Assembly: GCA_964577445.1 (NCBI GenBank)
Contig: CAZNZH010000002.1
Span: 1 to 28,860 of the forward strand
Direction of reading: 5' to 3'
DNA from: an uncultured Myxococcales bacterium
GTDB taxonomy: Bacteria; Myxococcota_A; UBA9042; PHBI01; JACKFB01
Length of the DNA stretch: 28,860 nucleotides
The stretch's first letter is position 1. Every line of letters begins with the position of its first letter. Under the pieces are notes generated by a model. It ran no database searches. It saw only the letters and a program-made list of their open reading frames with translations, and had not been told where the DNA came from. Positions 28,260-28,860 of the stretch are shown one piece after another. A program made the translations under genes and the position numbers.

Positions 28260-28314
28260 CTGCCGCAAGACAGCCGTAACACGTTGAAATCAAAGCGTGT
28301 TCGCGTTGCGGCAG
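28260..28314. repeat. Nested inverted repeat between the VOC gene and puuD
   Basis: ctgccgcaa...ttgcggcag (9 bp) enclosing aacacg...cgtgtt and a central TTGAAATCAA palindrome. Confidence 0.7.
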
Positions 28315-28318
28315 GCCC

Positions 28319-28699
28319 CTAGTCCACGTCGATCTGGATGAAGCGCAGGCGCGTACCCACGGGGTCGATGATGTCGAAGTAGGGGCCCCAGGCGGTCTCC
28401 CGCTGCTCGCCGATGATCTCCGGGGCTCGCTGGCTCATGACCCGGTGAACGGGAGCGAGCTCCGGGACCTCCAAGAGGACCATGGCGTTGACCGTGACGC
28501 CGGGCAGCTCGGGGAGCGCGTCCGGCGAGGCGAATCCGATGGCGCACGTCATGTACGCCACGATGAAGAGCGCGCCGCTTCCAGCCTCCCCGGTCTTGTC
28601 GGTCACCAACTCGAACCCCAAGCTCTCGGTGTAGAAGGCTTTCAGTGGTGAGGGGTCCTCGACGATGATCAGGGACATGATGTGGTCGGGTATGGGCAT
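28319..28699 (-). CDS. VOC/glyoxalase-like protein, 126 aa
   Basis: AAGGAG RBS before ATG 28699; LIIVEDPSPLKAFYTESLGFEL...ETAWGPYFDIIDPVGTRLRF. Confidence 0.85.
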   Translation of the reverse strand: MPIPDHIMSLIIVEDPSPLKAFYTESLGFELVTDKTGEAGSGALFIVAYMTCAIGFASPDALPELPGVTVNAMVLLEVPELAPVHRVMSQRAPEIIGEQRETAWGPYFDIIDPVGTRLRFIQIDVD

Positions 28700-28860
28700 G
28701 GGAGGGCTCCTTTTCGATGGGCCTTTGGACGTCCGAGGCTGTGCTGCTGGCGGCGCTACAATCCGCGGATCCGCCGGATCTTGCAGCATTGACGCCGGAA
28801 GTCCAGCGGGGACTGGCGCCCGGCGGCCACGGGGTCAGCGAACACATGGGGCGAGGTGGG

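Noticed and set aside
27929-28260. Xanthine (NMT1) or other purine riboswitch upstream of puuD
   Set aside because: Only a loose GAAGC...TTCAGC resemblance, and I could not build the consensus fold. An Infernal search is needed to settle it.
28102-28293. 63-aa Cys-containing ORF upstream of puuD
   Set aside because: TTG start without an RBS, runs through the inverted repeat, and has no recognisable motif.

Overview
A high-GC (about 70% by eye), gene-dense bacterial window. Its content points to Myxococcota or a related deltaproteobacterial lineage: TPR-PEGA proteins, a Hanks-type kinase, PPC-repeat and other lipoproteins, and an ECF sigma/anti-sigma pair. The taxonomy is inference. From left to right: a DUF4175-like membrane/coiled-coil gene (minus strand, cut by the window edge and missing from the ORF track); an ECF sigma, anti-sigma and Tat-exported protein operon; a TPR-PEGA protein plus an FGE-fold lipoprotein; a Ser/Thr kinase; an envelope cluster (7-blade propeller lipoprotein, BPI/LBP-like lipoprotein, miniature fibre-like protein with a jacalin-like tip, second TPR-PEGA protein, DprE2-like and DprE1-like enzymes); a lower-GC segment (FG-GAP/ASPIC-UnbV lipoprotein and a small lipoprotein); a small gene missed by the ORF track; an Ig/PPC-repeat lipoprotein; DUF4159, a VWA/GATase-like membrane protein and uvrC; puuD; and a VOC protein. 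Several sigma70-like promoters with 17-bp spacing are visible. I found no rRNA, tRNA, CRISPR array, transposase, integrase or reverse transcriptase. The best candidates for an undescribed system are the 8.7-15.8 kb lipid/glycan envelope cluster and the split DUF4175 / DUF4159 / VWA-GATase module. All family assignments come from motif recognition by eye; no database search was run.
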